Shown piece by piece: positions 21,295 through 36,402 of a stretch of DNA of 64,000 nt. Positions within the stretch are counted from its first letter, which is position 1, and each line of letters starts with the position of its first letter. The stretch lies in assembly GCF_058153355.1 (NCBI RefSeq), contig NZ_CM177019.1; one strand, given 5' to 3'. A program made the position numbers and the translations under genes. The notes under the pieces were generated by a model that worked only from the letters and a program-made list of their open reading frames with translations, was not told the DNA's origin and did no database searches.

Positions 21295-21984
21295 ATGAAA
21301 AAAATTATCGCATTGATGTTGTTTTTGACATTCTTTGCCCATGCGAACGGCTCCGAGCCTGGCAGTCAGTATCTCAAGGCTGCAGAGGCTGGAGACCGAC
21401 GCGCACAATATTTTCTTGCCGACAGCTGGTTTAGCTCCGGCGATTTGAGCAAAGCCGAATATTGGGCACAGAAAGCCGCCGACAGCGGTGATGCTGATGC
21501 CTGCGCGCTGTTGGCGCAGATCAAAATCACCAATCCGGTCAGTCTGGACTATCCACAAGCAAAAGTTCTTGCAGAGAAAGCGGCGCAAGCGGGCAGTAAA
21601 GAAGGTGAAGTGACGCTGGCGCATATTCTGGTGAATACTCAAGCGGGTAAACCGGATTATCCAAAGGCGATTTCGCTGTTAGAAAACGCCTCGGAAGATC
21701 TGGAGAACGACTCCGCCGTCGATGCCCAAATGCTGCTTGGTTTGATTTACGCCAACGGCGTGGGCATTAAGGCCGACGATGACAAGGCAACCTGGTATTT
21801 CAAACGCAGCTCTGCGATTTCACGAACCGGTTATTCCGAGTACTGGGCGGGAATGATGTTCTTAAATGGTGAAGAAGGTTTTATCGAGAAGAACAAACAG
21901 AAGGCGCTGCACTGGCTGAACCTGAGCTGTATGGAAGGGTTTGATACCGGGTGTGAAGAGTTTGAAAAATTAACTAACGGTTAA
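21295..21984 (+). CDS. yjcO: Sel1-repeat (TPR-like) periplasmic protein YjcO
   Basis: 229-aa ORF with signal peptide and repeated Sel1-like A-x-Y/W-x-x-K-A-A-x-x-G motifs. Confidence 0.85.
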   Translation: MKKIIALMLFLTFFAHANGSEPGSQYLKAAEAGDRRAQYFLADSWFSSGDLSKAEYWAQKAADSGDADACALLAQIKITNPVSLDYPQAKVLAEKAAQAGSKEGEVTLAHILVNTQAGKPDYPKAISLLENASEDLENDSAVDAQMLLGLIYANGVGIKADDDKATWYFKRSSAISRTGYSEYWAGMMFLNGEEGFIEKNKQKALHWLNLSCMEGFDTGCEEFEKLTNG

Positions 21985-21986
21985 TG

Positions 21987-22250
21987 TAGGCCTGATAAGA
22001 CGCGGTAAGCGTCGCATCAGATATTAATGTCGGATGCGGCGTAAACGCCTTATCCGACCTACAAAATCACCCTAAATCAAGCTATTGCGCAGTCTGGCGT
22101 AGGCCTGATAAGACGCGGCAAGCGTCGCATCAGGCATTGATGTCGGATGCGGCGTAAACGCCTTATCCGACCTACAAAATCACGCTAAATCAGGCTATTG
22201 CGCAGTCTGGCGTAGGCCTGATAAGACGCGGCAAGCGTCGCATCAGGCAT
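21987..22250. repeat. BIME/REP array: five REP palindromic units in alternating orientation, about 113-bp period
   Basis: Repeated units TAGGCCTGATAAGACGCGGCAAGCGTCGCATCAGGC and GTCGGATGCGGCGTAAACGCCTTATCCGACCTAC, with near-identical 113-bp repeats starting near 21987, 22100 and 22213. Confidence 0.85.
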
Positions 22251-22288
22251 CCACACATTGCCGGGTGTATGTCCCCGGCAATCCTCAA

Positions 22289-23602
22289 TTATTGATCCGC
22301 AGTTTTATCAAATTTGCCCAGCACTTCGCGCTCATAAGCCAGCGCTTTCTTACGGTCAAATTTGTGTTCCCACTTGGCAATCACCAGCACCGCCAGCGCA
22401 TTACCCACCACGTTCAGCGCAGTACGCGCCATGTCGAGGATACGGTCAACACCGGCAATAAACGCCAGACCTTCCAGCGGGATCCCTACGCTGCCCAGCG
22501 TTGCCAGCAACACCACAAACGACACGCCCGGCACGCCAGCAATCCCTTTCGAGGTCACCATCAGCGTCAGCACCAGAATGATTTCCTGCCAGATGGACAG
22601 GTCAATACCATACAGTTGAGCGATGAAGATAGCGGCAATACTTTGATATAGCGTTGAACCATCAAGGTTAAAAGAGTAACCGGTCGGCACCACGAAACTG
22701 GTGATCGACGCCGGTGCACCGTAGGCTTCCATCTTCTCAATAATTCGCGGCAGCACGCTTTCAGAACTGGCAGTGGAGTACGCCAGAATCAGCTCATCTT
22801 TCAGAATACGAATCAGGATCCAGACGCTTAACCCGCACAGGCGCGCCACAATTCCCAGCACTACCAGCGCGAAGAACAGAATGGCGAAATGCACCAGCAG
22901 CACCAGTTTCGCCAGTGGCCACAGAGACGAGAAACCAAAGTTAGCCACCGTCACCGCAATCAGCGCAAACACACCTACCGGCGCGTAACGCATCACCATG
23001 TGAGTCACTTTAAACATGGTTTCAGAAATGGAGCGGAACACGGTCACCAGCGGTTCACGATGCGTTGCGGGCAGGGAGGAAAGCCCCAGACCAAACAGTA
23101 CCGAGAAGAAGATGATCGGTAACATTTCGCCTTTCGCCATCGACGCCACAATATTCGTCGGCACCAGAGACAAAATCGTGCCCATAATACCGTGGGAACT
23201 GCTCTGTACCGCTTCTGTAGTGCTCTGATATTTCGAGATATCGACGGTCGCCAGCTGCGACATATCCACCCCGGCACCGGGCTGGAAGACGTTCGCCAGG
23301 GTGATCCCCAGAATGATGGCGACAGTGGTGATCACCTCGAAATAGATAATGGTTTTCGCGCCAATACGCCCGAGCTGTTTGGCATCACCAACACCCGCGA
23401 TACCCACCACCAGCGTGGAGATCACAATCGGCACAACAATCATTTTGATCAGATGGATGAAGATATCACCCGCCGGAGAGAGCAAATTGACGACCAGCCA
23501 TTCGCGACTGTCGCTATGGTAGTGCAGGTAGCTTCCCAGGAGAATGCCCAGCACCATAGCAAACAGAATCTGCCAGGCCAGGCTGAATTTTATATTTTTC
23601 AT
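22289..23602 (-). CDS. gltP: Proton/glutamate-aspartate symporter GltP
   Basis: 437-aa polytopic membrane ORF recognised as GltP (dicarboxylate/amino-acid:cation symporter family). Confidence 0.92.
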   Translation of the reverse strand: MKNIKFSLAWQILFAMVLGILLGSYLHYHSDSREWLVVNLLSPAGDIFIHLIKMIVVPIVISTLVVGIAGVGDAKQLGRIGAKTIIYFEVITTVAIILGITLANVFQPGAGVDMSQLATVDISKYQSTTEAVQSSSHGIMGTILSLVPTNIVASMAKGEMLPIIFFSVLFGLGLSSLPATHREPLVTVFRSISETMFKVTHMVMRYAPVGVFALIAVTVANFGFSSLWPLAKLVLLVHFAILFFALVVLGIVARLCGLSVWILIRILKDELILAYSTASSESVLPRIIEKMEAYGAPASITSFVVPTGYSFNLDGSTLYQSIAAIFIAQLYGIDLSIWQEIILVLTLMVTSKGIAGVPGVSFVVLLATLGSVGIPLEGLAFIAGVDRILDMARTALNVVGNALAVLVIAKWEHKFDRKKALAYEREVLGKFDKTADQ

Positions 23603-23943
23603 CAGAATAACTTCCTCAATGGAGCGCCGTTCCCCGTTCAGAAACGCGAGAACGTGACATACTGCCAGGGCATGAATTGTGTTGCGTTGGTTTGTAGATT
23701 TTTTTAACGCTTATGATCAGTATCATTTGCGCGGTATGTTGCGCAACCCTTTAACAACAGAGCTTTTCGCTGCATTAATGCATAATAACGCGAGTTTATG
23801 GCAGGATTAATGAATAACCATTTGTTATGGAAAGATTTTTATTTGTTTAACCTGCAATAATACTGATTAGTGATTATTTTGGGCATATGTTCATTCGATT
23901 ATTTTTTATGCAGCTCAATAACATAATCTTCATCACCAGATGA

Positions 23944-24540
23944 TTAATCTGATCTCCGCTGCAACAGTTTCGCCAAATTAATCGACTCGACCAGCTGTGT
24001 CCGGTTGATCCGGGGTGAGTTGAGATCCATCACTTTTTGCCATAGTTCGATGGCTTGCGCGTAATTCGCCTGCATAAACGCATCGGAAGCCAGCAGCATC
24101 AGAGCGGTGATTTCGTTAGAGTCCAGCGCGAGGGCTTTGTCGATCATTGCGCGAGTCTGGACGGTCATATGCTGGCTGCCCTGGTAATACAGCACCGTCG
24201 CCAGCGCCGCATACAGTTCAGCGTTATCGCCACGTAGTTGCAACGCCTGACGGTACGCCAGCAGCGAATTACTGTAATCGTTTTGCCACAAATAGTACTC
24301 ACCCAGTAACGCCCACTGTTCGCTGTTTTGTGGATAAGCGCGGATTTTATCCTGCAATGCCTGAAGCTGCGCTTCCGGGGTTTGCTGGCTGGCAAACTGA
24401 TATAGCGGATCGCGCTGACGCTGATACTCCGCACGTACCGCCTGCCATTTTGGGCTTAACAGATAACTGCCGACACAGAGAAATACCATCAATATCGTGA
24501 GTGTTGTCAGCATTTTCACCGGTATTTGAGGCTGTTTCAT
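23944..24540 (-). CDS. nrfG: TPR-repeat cytochrome c nitrite reductase biogenesis protein NrfG
   Basis: Track ORF trimmed to [13 protein letters not shown]… (198 aa); TPR-like repeats; overlaps nrfF by 4 nt. Confidence 0.85.
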   Translation of the reverse strand: MKQPQIPVKMLTTLTILMVFLCVGSYLLSPKWQAVRAEYQRQRDPLYQFASQQTPEAQLQALQDKIRAYPQNSEQWALLGEYYLWQNDYSNSLLAYRQALQLRGDNAELYAALATVLYYQGSQHMTVQTRAMIDKALALDSNEITALMLLASDAFMQANYAQAIELWQKVMDLNSPRINRTQLVESINLAKLLQRRSD

Positions 24541-24920
24541 CGCTTCGCCCTTACCCGCCAGAGGATCAGTATCATCAGCAGTAACAACACCACTGGCAGC
24601 GCCCACAACACCAACGTCTGACCGGTTAACGGTGGGTTATAGCGAACAAAATCTCCGTAGCGTTCGGTCATCCAGCCAATGATTTCGACTTCACTTTTCC
24701 CCTCCGCCACCATGCTGTAAACCTGATGGCGCATACTGACTGCCACCGGCGCATTGGATTCCAGTAAGTTCTGATTCTGGCACTGCGGGCAGCGTAACTG
24801 GCTGGCAATAGTTAACGCCTGTTCCTGTTGTTGCGGATTGGCGAATTGCCAGGTGTCTACAACCTGAGCGCGCGCAAAACAGGTAAATAACAGCAGTAGC
24901 GTGAGAAGCCCTTTATTCAT
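24537..24920 (-). CDS. nrfF: Cytochrome c-type biogenesis protein NrfF (CcmH-like)
   Basis: 127-aa ORF with signal peptide and LRCPQCQNQ motif. Confidence 0.88.
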   Translation of the reverse strand: MNKGLLTLLLLFTCFARAQVVDTWQFANPQQQEQALTIASQLRCPQCQNQNLLESNAPVAVSMRHQVYSMVAEGKSEVEIIGWMTERYGDFVRYNPPLTGQTLVLWALPVVLLLLMILILWRVRAKR

Positions 24921-26571
24921 CGCGCTTCCTCCCCCGCCATCCGCTTAACAATGCGCCCGCAATCATCAACAATCCTCCCCCCCAGATCCAGCGCACACCG
25001 CGTTGTACATACAAACGAAAAGCGTAACGATCCGCTCCGGTTTTCTCGCCCATGACCGCATACCAGTCATGGATGCCGTTCCAGCGAATTGCCGGTTCCA
25101 TCATTTGCTGACGACGTGCTTCGTAAAAACGCCGCTCCGGCGTCAGTTCACCAATGCGTTGCTGATGGTCAAACAGCGCCACTATCGCTTTTTCGCTGGT
25201 GTAATTACCTTTGGCTTGCAGATCGAGGCGCTCAAAACGGAAGGTATATCCTGCCAGAGTCACCTGCTGACCCGGCTGTAAATTCAGGCTGCTCTCCTGA
25301 CGGCTGACGCTTGAAACCACGATCCCCGCGGCAAATAACAGCACGCCCGCATGAGCCAGCAGCGCCGGAAGCTGCACGCGTTTGCCAGAGACAAACGTCG
25401 CCAGCACAATCACCACCAGCATCAACAGACCAAACGGTAACGTCGCGCGGTTAAAATACGGCGCGCCAACGGAGAGGCGTCCCCAGCCCAGCAGGCCGTA
25501 AATCATCGGATAAAGCGTTCCCACCAGCACTATCAGTAGCACTGCGCAAAACAGCAACAGCGTAGCGAGGATTAACATTTCCCGCGATAACCCCGAAAAA
25601 CGCACCGCCGGGCCACCGTCCCGCGCTCGCCAGCCATACAGAGCCAGAGACGCAAGGCTAATCAGTGCAAACAGGCTGAACAACGGCACGGCGCGGACGT
25701 TATCCAGTGCGAACGCATGAACCGAAACCAGAATGCCAGAACGGACAATTAAGGTGCCCAGCAGCGACAGCATCAGAGTAACTATCGCCAGTAACAGCGA
25801 CCAGTGGCGGAAAATCCCCCGCTGGCGTGTCAGGGACAAACTGTGCAGCAGCGCAGTGGCAGAAAGCCAGGGTAATAAAGAGGCGTTTTCCACCGGGTCC
25901 CAGAACCACCAGCCGCCCCAGCCCAGTTCGCAATAGGCCCACCAGGAACCAAGGATGATCCCCGCCGTTAATGCGCTCCAGCCAGGTAGTGCCCAACGCC
26001 AGCAAATTCGGGCGTTGACACCATCAAACTCGCCGCGCAGTAGACTCGCCAGCGCCACGCTCGCCGCTACCATCAAACCGCCATAGCCAAGATAAAGCAG
26101 CGGTGGATGAAAGATAAGACCGGGATGTTGCAGCATCGGATTGAGATCTCGGCCTTCGATTGCTGGTGGAAATATCCGCACGAAGGGATCGGACCACAGC
26201 ACCACAAACAGTAGCAGTGCGGCGAGCATGAGAGATAAAACGGCTAGCGTCAGCGGAAATAGCGGATCGGTTTGCTGCCGATAATGCCAGGCAAACAGCG
26301 CGCTCCACGCGGAAAGGAGTAGCACCCAAAGTAGCAGCGAACCTTCATGCCCTCCCCACACTGCCGCCAGTTTGAGTTCCCACGACAGCAGGCTGTAGCT
26401 ATGTTGGGCGACATAAATGACCGAGAAATCGCTGATGAGAAAACAATACGTCAGTACGCCAAAGGCGAGCAGCAGGAGCGCGAACTGCGCCAGAATGCCG
26501 ATGCAAGTGAGTCGCATCATGGCAGGCCAGCGCAACCGCACTCCCGCAAAGGTTGTCAACGGGGTCAACAC
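24913..26571 (-). CDS. nrfE: Haem lyase NrfE (CcmF-like)
   Basis: Large polytopic membrane ORF; track start 26595 trimmed to a GTG giving 552 aa; start choice is tentative. Confidence 0.85.
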   Translation of the reverse strand: MLTPLTTFAGVRLRWPAMMRLTCIGILAQFALLLLAFGVLTYCFLISDFSVIYVAQHSYSLLSWELKLAAVWGGHEGSLLLWVLLLSAWSALFAWHYRQQTDPLFPLTLAVLSLMLAALLLFVVLWSDPFVRIFPPAIEGRDLNPMLQHPGLIFHPPLLYLGYGGLMVAASVALASLLRGEFDGVNARICWRWALPGWSALTAGIILGSWWAYCELGWGGWWFWDPVENASLLPWLSATALLHSLSLTRQRGIFRHWSLLLAIVTLMLSLLGTLIVRSGILVSVHAFALDNVRAVPLFSLFALISLASLALYGWRARDGGPAVRFSGLSREMLILATLLLFCAVLLIVLVGTLYPMIYGLLGWGRLSVGAPYFNRATLPFGLLMLVVIVLATFVSGKRVQLPALLAHAGVLLFAAGIVVSSVSRQESSLNLQPGQQVTLAGYTFRFERLDLQAKGNYTSEKAIVALFDHQQRIGELTPERRFYEARRQQMMEPAIRWNGIHDWYAVMGEKTGADRYAFRLYVQRGVRWIWGGGLLMIAGALLSGWRGRKRDE

Positions 26572-26650
26572 GTTGACCCCAAGACTTAACAACAACGCCA
26601 GAAAACCGACTTCAGGAAGGAATACGTCCAGAAACCACCTCTTTTCTGGC

Positions 26651-27607
26651 TTACGCCACCGTCAACTGCCCAGCGTAGAGAATGAAAAAGCGCAGCATCA
26701 ACACCCCGACCAGGCTGGCCCCACACGCTGCCAGCACGGCAGGAATTCCGGAACTGCGATTGACCCACGGTTTGAGCAACATTGGCACAATCAGCCCCAA
26801 CCCGGCGACACCAAGCCAGAACCACCACGTCCAGAAACCACCGCCCAATGCTGCCACCAGCGCACGCACTTTGCCGTCATCGCCCAGCGCCAGTCCAACA
26901 AAAAACGCCACCAGCAAGAAGATTTCGCCCCATACCACAGGGATTTCCATACGGTGAACAAAGTGCGCTTCCGTGGAATGCGGGTTACTGCGTTGGCGTA
27001 TCGCCATAGCGATCAACGCCACCGCCGCACCGGACGAAATGCCGGAGAAGAGGAATAGCACCGGTAAAATCGGATTATTGAGGAACGGATATGATTTCAG
27101 CGCAGACAGCAGAAAGCCGGTATAAGCCCCCAGCAACACCGCCAGCACCAGCATTAGCGTTTCCAGTCCGCGGTGAACGGGCGTCAGCAGGCTCAGAACC
27201 TTTTGCACAATTCCCAGCTTCGGCAACCAGCGTTGTTGCAGGGCAAGCAAATCGTGTTCAAAGATTTTCGCCAGCCACAACACCAGCACCACCATGTAGA
27301 GCTGAAACAGCATCACCCCCATCGACATCACCGAGGTAAAACTGTAATGGAACATCAGCTTCCAGAAGGTCCACGGTCTTGTCAGGTGGAAGACGAGAAT
27401 CAACAGACCGAGGATCACCGCGCCAGGCCCGACAATCAGCGTGGTTCGCAGCAACGTACTGTCTGCACCACCCGCCTGCGGGTAGAAGCGACGTAACAGC
27501 ACGGCCAGCGTCACCAGACCGGCAGAAATACCAATCAAAAACAGGTAGATGGCAATCGGCCAGTCCCACACCAGCGATTCAAAATGAAATGCGGAAGTCT
27601 GCGTCAT
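26651..27607 (-). CDS. nrfD: Nitrite reductase membrane subunit NrfD (quinol-interacting)
   Basis: 318-aa polytopic membrane ORF; overlaps nrfC stop. Confidence 0.9.
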   Translation of the reverse strand: MTQTSAFHFESLVWDWPIAIYLFLIGISAGLVTLAVLLRRFYPQAGGADSTLLRTTLIVGPGAVILGLLILVFHLTRPWTFWKLMFHYSFTSVMSMGVMLFQLYMVVLVLWLAKIFEHDLLALQQRWLPKLGIVQKVLSLLTPVHRGLETLMLVLAVLLGAYTGFLLSALKSYPFLNNPILPVLFLFSGISSGAAVALIAMAIRQRSNPHSTEAHFVHRMEIPVVWGEIFLLVAFFVGLALGDDGKVRALVAALGGGFWTWWFWLGVAGLGLIVPMLLKPWVNRSSGIPAVLAACGASLVGVLMLRFFILYAGQLTVA

Positions 27608-28275
27608 TGGCTCACCTCCCCGTATTTAAACGGTACGCGGTACAGCTTCGGTTTGGTTCCCAGCGCCAGCTTGTAGCGGTAAGTGGGCTTCTGGCGTAGC
27701 AGTTGTGAAATCTCACTGTTGGGATCGTCCAGATTGCCAAACGTCAGCGCCTTCGTCGGGCAAGCCTCAACGCACGCGGGGAGCTTACCGGCCTGCAAAT
27801 TGGTCTTACGGCAGAAATCGCATTTGTCCGCCGTCTTCGTGACCGGATGGATAAAGCGCACACGGTACGGACAGGCGGCGATGCAGTACTGACAACCGAC
27901 GCAGAGATCCGGGTTAACATCGACAATCCCGCTGGCAGCATCGCGAAAAGACGCACCCGTTGGGCAGACGTCAACGCACGGTGCATGGTCGCAGTGCTGG
28001 CAAGACTTACGAAAGAAGCGATATTTCACATCAGGAAATTCGCCCTGCGGCTCGCTACGAATAATTGTCAGGCGCGAGACGCCTTCCGGCACCTTGTTCA
28101 CTTCCCGACAAGCATCCATACAGGCAGTACAGCCGATGCATAACGACTCGTCATGCACCATGCCGTAACGCACCCCATTGATATTCAACGTTTTCGCCAC
28201 CACGCGTCCTGCGGTGCCGCTGACGGCTGCCAGCACGCCGACGCCGGTGAGAAACTGGCGACGAGACCAGGTCAT
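27604..28275 (-). CDS. nrfC: Nitrite reductase 4Fe-4S ferredoxin subunit NrfC
   Basis: 223-aa ORF with Tat-like signal (RRQFLTG) and four CxxCxxCxxxCP iron-sulfur motifs. Confidence 0.9.
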   Translation of the reverse strand: MTWSRRQFLTGVGVLAAVSGTAGRVVAKTLNINGVRYGMVHDESLCIGCTACMDACREVNKVPEGVSRLTIIRSEPQGEFPDVKYRFFRKSCQHCDHAPCVDVCPTGASFRDAASGIVDVNPDLCVGCQYCIAACPYRVRFIHPVTKTADKCDFCRKTNLQAGKLPACVEACPTKALTFGNLDDPNSEISQLLRQKPTYRYKLALGTKPKLYRVPFKYGEVSQ

Positions 28276-28838
28276 GGCTGCTCCTTAAGCAACGGAACAG
28301 ACGCTGGGTTAAAGTTCGGATTGGTGCGCTGATCGCTGTGGCAATCGACGCAAATCTTAATCCGTCCTTTGTCACTTAACGTCTGCATCGTATCTTGCTG
28401 TGGATGCAGGGAATGGCAGCTGGCGCACGCCACTTTGGTTACGTGGACATCGTGCGGCCAGAACGCTTTTTGCAACTGTTCCGGCAGATGGCAGGACATA
28501 CAGACGCTGTTCTGCTCTCCAACCTTGTACATCGGCTCGTTAAAGCGCATCACATCTTTCACCCCTTCGCGGTGTTGCGGTGATGGCTGGCCGTGACAGT
28601 TGGTGCAGGTGACCGGCAGTTTGTTATTCGGGTTGATAACGGAAGCATGTTTGCCATGCATACCTTCGGTATCTGGTTTATGACAGTCCAGACAGGCGGC
28701 ATCCGGGTTACGCTGCTGGGTAACTTCGTAGCGATCACCAGATGCCTGCGACGCAGGGGTAGCGGTAATTCCGTTCAGGCTCCACAACAGGCCCGACGCC
28801 AGCACCCCGGCAGTTAATAACGAACGTAATACGCTCAT
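28272..28838 (-). CDS. nrfB: Pentahaem cytochrome c NrfB
   Basis: Signal peptide plus five CxxCH haem motifs; track start trimmed by two codons to ATG (188 aa). Confidence 0.9.
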   Translation of the reverse strand: MSVLRSLLTAGVLASGLLWSLNGITATPASQASGDRYEVTQQRNPDAACLDCHKPDTEGMHGKHASVINPNNKLPVTCTNCHGQPSPQHREGVKDVMRFNEPMYKVGEQNSVCMSCHLPEQLQKAFWPHDVHVTKVACASCHSLHPQQDTMQTLSDKGRIKICVDCHSDQRTNPNFNPASVPLLKEQP

Positions 28839-28882
28839 ATTCACTCCATTGTGTTTTCCGCCCCTTGCGAGGCGGAACGGGG

Positions 28883-30711
<1,829 letters not shown>

Positions 30712-32670
30712 ATGAGTCAAATTCACAAACACACCATTCCTGCCAACATCGCAGACCGTTGCCTGATAAACCCTCAGCAGTACGAGGCGATGTATCAACA
30801 ATCTATTAACGCACCAGATACCTTCTGGGGCGAACAGGGAAAAATTCTCGACTGGATCAAACCGTACCAGAAGGTGAAAAACACCTCCTTTGCCCCCGGT
30901 AATGTGTCCATTAAATGGTACGAGGACGGCACGCTGAATCTGGCGGCAAACTGCCTTGACCGCCATCTGCAAGAAAACGGCGATCGTACCGCCATCATCT
31001 GGGAAGGCGACGACGCCAGCCAGAGCAAACATATCAGCTATAAAGAGCTGCACCGCGACGTCTGCCGCTTCGCCAATACCCTGCTCGGGCTGGGCATTAA
31101 AAAAGGTGACGTGGTGGCGATTTATATGCCGATGGTGCCGGAAGCTGCGGTCGCAATGCTGGCCTGCGCCCGCATTGGCGCGGTGCATTCGGTAATTTTC
31201 GGCGGCTTCTCGCCGGAAGCCGTTGCCGGACGCATTATCGATTCTAACTCACGACTGGTGATCACTTCCGACGAAGGCGTGCGTGCCGGGCGTAGTATTC
31301 CGCTGAAGAAAAACGTTGATGACGCGCTGAAAAACCCGAACGTCACCAGCATTGAACATGTGGTGGTACTGAAGCGTACTGGCGGAAAAATTGACTGGCA
31401 GGAAGGGCGCGACCTCTGGTGGCACGACCTGGTTGAGCAAGCCAGCGATCAGCACCAGGCGGAAGAGATGAACGCCGAAGATCCGCTGTTTATTCTCTAT
31501 ACCTCCGGTTCTACCGGTAAGCCGAAAGGCGTGCTGCACACTACCGGCGGTTATCTGGTGTACGCGGCGCTGACCTTTAAATATGTCTTTGATTATCATC
31601 CTGGCGATATCTACTGGTGCACCGCCGATGTGGGCTGGGTTACCGGGCACAGTTATTTGCTGTATGGCCCGCTGGCCTGCGGCGCGACCACGTTGATGTT
31701 TGAAGGCGTACCGAACTGGCCGACGCCTGCCCGTATGGCCCAGGTGGTGGACAAGCATCAGGTCAATATTCTCTATACCGCGCCCACGGCGATCCGCGCG
31801 CTGATGGCAGAAGGCGATAAAGCGATCGAAGGCACTGACCGTTCGTCGCTGCGCATTCTCGGTTCCGTAGGCGAGCCAATCAACCCGGAAGCGTGGGAGT
31901 GGTACTGGAAGAAGATCGGCAACGAGAAATGTCCGGTAGTCGACACCTGGTGGCAGACCGAAACTGGCGGTTTCATGATCACGCCGCTGCCTGGCGCTAC
32001 CGAGCTGAAAGCCGGTTCTGCAACGCGTCCGTTCTTCGGCGTGCAACCGGCGCTGGTCGATAACGAAGGTAACCCGCTGGAAGGGGCTACCGAAGGCAGC
32101 CTGGTGATCACCGACTCCTGGCCGGGTCAGGCGCGTACATTGTTTGGCGATCATGAGCGTTTTGAACAGACCTACTTCTCCACCTTCAAAAATATGTATT
32201 TCAGTGGCGACGGCGCGCGACGTGATGAAGATGGCTATTACTGGATCACCGGGCGTGTGGACGACGTGCTGAACGTCTCCGGTCATCGTCTGGGAACAGC
32301 GGAGATTGAGTCGGCGCTGGTGGCACATCCGAAGATTGCCGAAGCCGCTGTCGTCGGTATTCCGCACAATATTAAAGGTCAGGCGATCTACGCCTACGTC
32401 ACGCTTAATCACGGGGAGGAACCGTCACCAGAACTGTACGCAGAAGTCCGCAACTGGGTGCGTAAAGAGATTGGCCCGCTGGCAACGCCAGACGTGCTGC
32501 ACTGGACCGACTCCCTGCCAAAAACCCGCTCCGGCAAAATTATGCGCCGTATTCTGCGCAAAATTGCGGCGGGCGATACCAGCAACCTGGGCGATACCTC
32601 GACGCTTGCCGATCCTGGCGTAGTCGAGAAGCTGCTTGAAGAGAAGCAGGCTATCGCGATGCCCTCGTAA
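30712..32670 (+). CDS. acs: Acetyl-CoA synthetase (AMP-forming) Acs
   Basis: 652-aa ORF with AMP-binding signature [11 protein letters not shown] and C-terminal SGKIMRR; strong RBS AGGAGA. Confidence 0.95.
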   Translation: MSQIHKHTIPANIADRCLINPQQYEAMYQQSINAPDTFWGEQGKILDWIKPYQKVKNTSFAPGNVSIKWYEDGTLNLAANCLDRHLQENGDRTAIIWEGDDASQSKHISYKELHRDVCRFANTLLGLGIKKGDVVAIYMPMVPEAAVAMLACARIGAVHSVIFGGFSPEAVAGRIIDSNSRLVITSDEGVRAGRSIPLKKNVDDALKNPNVTSIEHVVVLKRTGGKIDWQEGRDLWWHDLVEQASDQHQAEEMNAEDPLFILYTSGSTGKPKGVLHTTGGYLVYAALTFKYVFDYHPGDIYWCTADVGWVTGHSYLLYGPLACGATTLMFEGVPNWPTPARMAQVVDKHQVNILYTAPTAIRALMAEGDKAIEGTDRSSLRILGSVGEPINPEAWEWYWKKIGNEKCPVVDTWWQTETGGFMITPLPGATELKAGSATRPFFGVQPALVDNEGNPLEGATEGSLVITDSWPGQARTLFGDHERFEQTYFSTFKNMYFSGDGARRDEDGYYWITGRVDDVLNVSGHRLGTAEIESALVAHPKIAEAAVVGIPHNIKGQAIYAYVTLNHGEEPSPELYAEVRNWVRKEIGPLATPDVLHWTDSLPKTRSGKIMRRILRKIAAGDTSNLGDTSTLADPGVVEKLLEEKQAIAMPS

Positions 32671-32678
32671 CTCTCAAT

Positions 32679-32795
32679 TGCCGGATGCGATCCGGGCAAC
32701 AAGTCGGAAACGATTTGTAGGCCTGATAAGACGCGACAGCGTCGCATCAGGCATTGATTGCCGGATGCGGCGTATAACGCCTTATCCGGCCTACA
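32679..32795. repeat. REP palindromic units between acs and yjcH
   Basis: TAGGCCTGATAAGACGCGACAGCGTCGCATCAGGC and GCCGGATGCGGCGTATAACGCCTTATCCGGCCTAC. Confidence 0.8.
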
Positions 32796-32882
32796 TAAGG
32801 CAAGGGTTACCTGGGCGTTAACCCGCTCCCATAAGGGCGCGGGAATTAAAACAATCCCTACATTACCTCTGGAGAATCTGTG

Positions 32883-34843
<1,961 letters not shown>

Positions 34844-35020
34844 TCTCTACCCTTCCCCGGTCGCTTGATCGGGGAATACTCTTCCTCTCCAATATGCATC
34901 ACCTTTTCTAATAATATTAAACAAATAAACTCAATAAAAAATGAGCGATTTTTGACAGTCGTAGAAAAAGATAATGCAGAGAATATGCCTTTTCTTTCTT
35001 GTTAATTATAAGGATATTTT

Positions 35021-36313
35021 ATGCGCTATAATGGTTTAAATAATATGTTTTTCCCTCTTTGCCTGATTAACGATAACCACCCTGTCACAAGTCCATCACA
35101 TACAAAGAAAACAAAATCAGATAATTATAGCAAACATCATAAAGACACGTTAATTGACAATAAAGCCCTCTCTCTTTTCAAAATGGATGATCATGAAAAA
35201 GTGATAGGCTTGATTCAGAAAATGAAAAGAACTTATGATACTTTACCATCAGGAAAAATCACTAAAGAAACGGACAGGAAAATTCATAAATATTTTATAG
35301 ATATAGCTTTATACGCAAGTAATAAATATGACGATAGAATTACGAGAAGAGTTTACCTTAATAAAGATAAGGAAGTATCAATTAAGGTAGTGTATTTTAT
35401 AAATAATGTCACTGTCCATAATAATACTATCGAAATCCCACAGACAGTAAATGGTGGTTACGATTTTTCATACCTTAGCCTGAAAGGTATCAGGATTAAA
35501 GATGAAGATTTATCCAATTCGGATTTTGCAGGTTGCAGACTACAAAATGCTATTTTCCAGGGCTGTAATATGTATCAAACGAATTTTAATTTTGCCATAA
35601 TGGAAAAAATAATTTTTGATAATTGTATTCTCGATGACTCAAATTTCGCTCAGATAAAAATGACTGACGGAACTCTAAATGCATGCTCCGCTATGCATGT
35701 TGAATTCTTCAATGCAACAATGATTAGAGCTAAAATTAAAAATACCTTCCTTGACTATTCAAATTTTTATATGGCGTACATGGCTGAGGTGAATCTTTAT
35801 AAAGTAATAGCGCCATATGTTAATTTATTTAGAGCCGACCTTAGTTTCTCTAAACTCGATTTAATTAACTTTGAACATGCTAATCTTTCTCGCGTCAACC
35901 TGAACAAAGCAACCCTCCAGAATATAAACTTAATTAATAGCAAACTCTTTTTTACGCGGCTGACAAATACGTTCCTCGAAATGGTTATATGTACCGATTC
36001 TAATATGGCTAATGCTAATTTTAATAATGCCAATTTAAGCAATTGCCATTTCAACTGTTCTATTTTAACAAAAGCCTGGATGTTTAATACCCGTTTCTAT
36101 CGGGTTAATTTCGATGAGGCTATCGTCCAGGGAATGGGCATATCCATTCTCCGTGGGGAGGATAATATTCCCATTAATAGTGATATCCTGATAACACTAC
36201 AGCAACTCTTTGAAGAGGATTGTGCCACTCATACTGGCATGTCACAAACTGAGCATAATATTCAGGAAGTGTCTATGAATACCACTGAAGATACTATGCA
36301 ATACGCAGATTGA
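35021..36313 (+). CDS. yjcF: Pentapeptide-repeat protein YjcF
   Basis: 430-aa ORF in strongly AT-rich DNA; C-terminal two-thirds made of tandem pentapeptide-like repeats (…NFNFA…, …ANLSRVNLNKATLQNINLINSKL…, ANANFNNANLSNCHFN…). Confidence 0.8.
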   Translation: MRYNGLNNMFFPLCLINDNHPVTSPSHTKKTKSDNYSKHHKDTLIDNKALSLFKMDDHEKVIGLIQKMKRTYDTLPSGKITKETDRKIHKYFIDIALYASNKYDDRITRRVYLNKDKEVSIKVVYFINNVTVHNNTIEIPQTVNGGYDFSYLSLKGIRIKDEDLSNSDFAGCRLQNAIFQGCNMYQTNFNFAIMEKIIFDNCILDDSNFAQIKMTDGTLNACSAMHVEFFNATMIRAKIKNTFLDYSNFYMAYMAEVNLYKVIAPYVNLFRADLSFSKLDLINFEHANLSRVNLNKATLQNINLINSKLFFTRLTNTFLEMVICTDSNMANANFNNANLSNCHFNCSILTKAWMFNTRFYRVNFDEAIVQGMGISILRGEDNIPINSDILITLQQLFEEDCATHTGMSQTEHNIQEVSMNTTEDTMQYAD

Positions 36314-36402
36314 GATTAAGCCGAAGAATAGCCAATGAATTGACTTTAAAAGAGAGATACTCACGGACTTCTGACTTATTTATTTTAGAATCATGAATGT
36401 TA

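Noticed and set aside
21987-22250. Possible CRISPR array (regularly spaced repeats), also at 7105-7250, 32679-32795 and 63329-63427
   Set aside because: The repeats are imperfect palindromic REP units in alternating orientation, the intervening sequences are themselves repeated, and no cas genes are nearby.
23603-23943. 340-bp AT-rich gap between nrfG and gltP as a possible sRNA or small ORF
   Set aside because: No terminator-like hairpin or conserved-looking ORF; it is consistent with the gltP promoter and leader.
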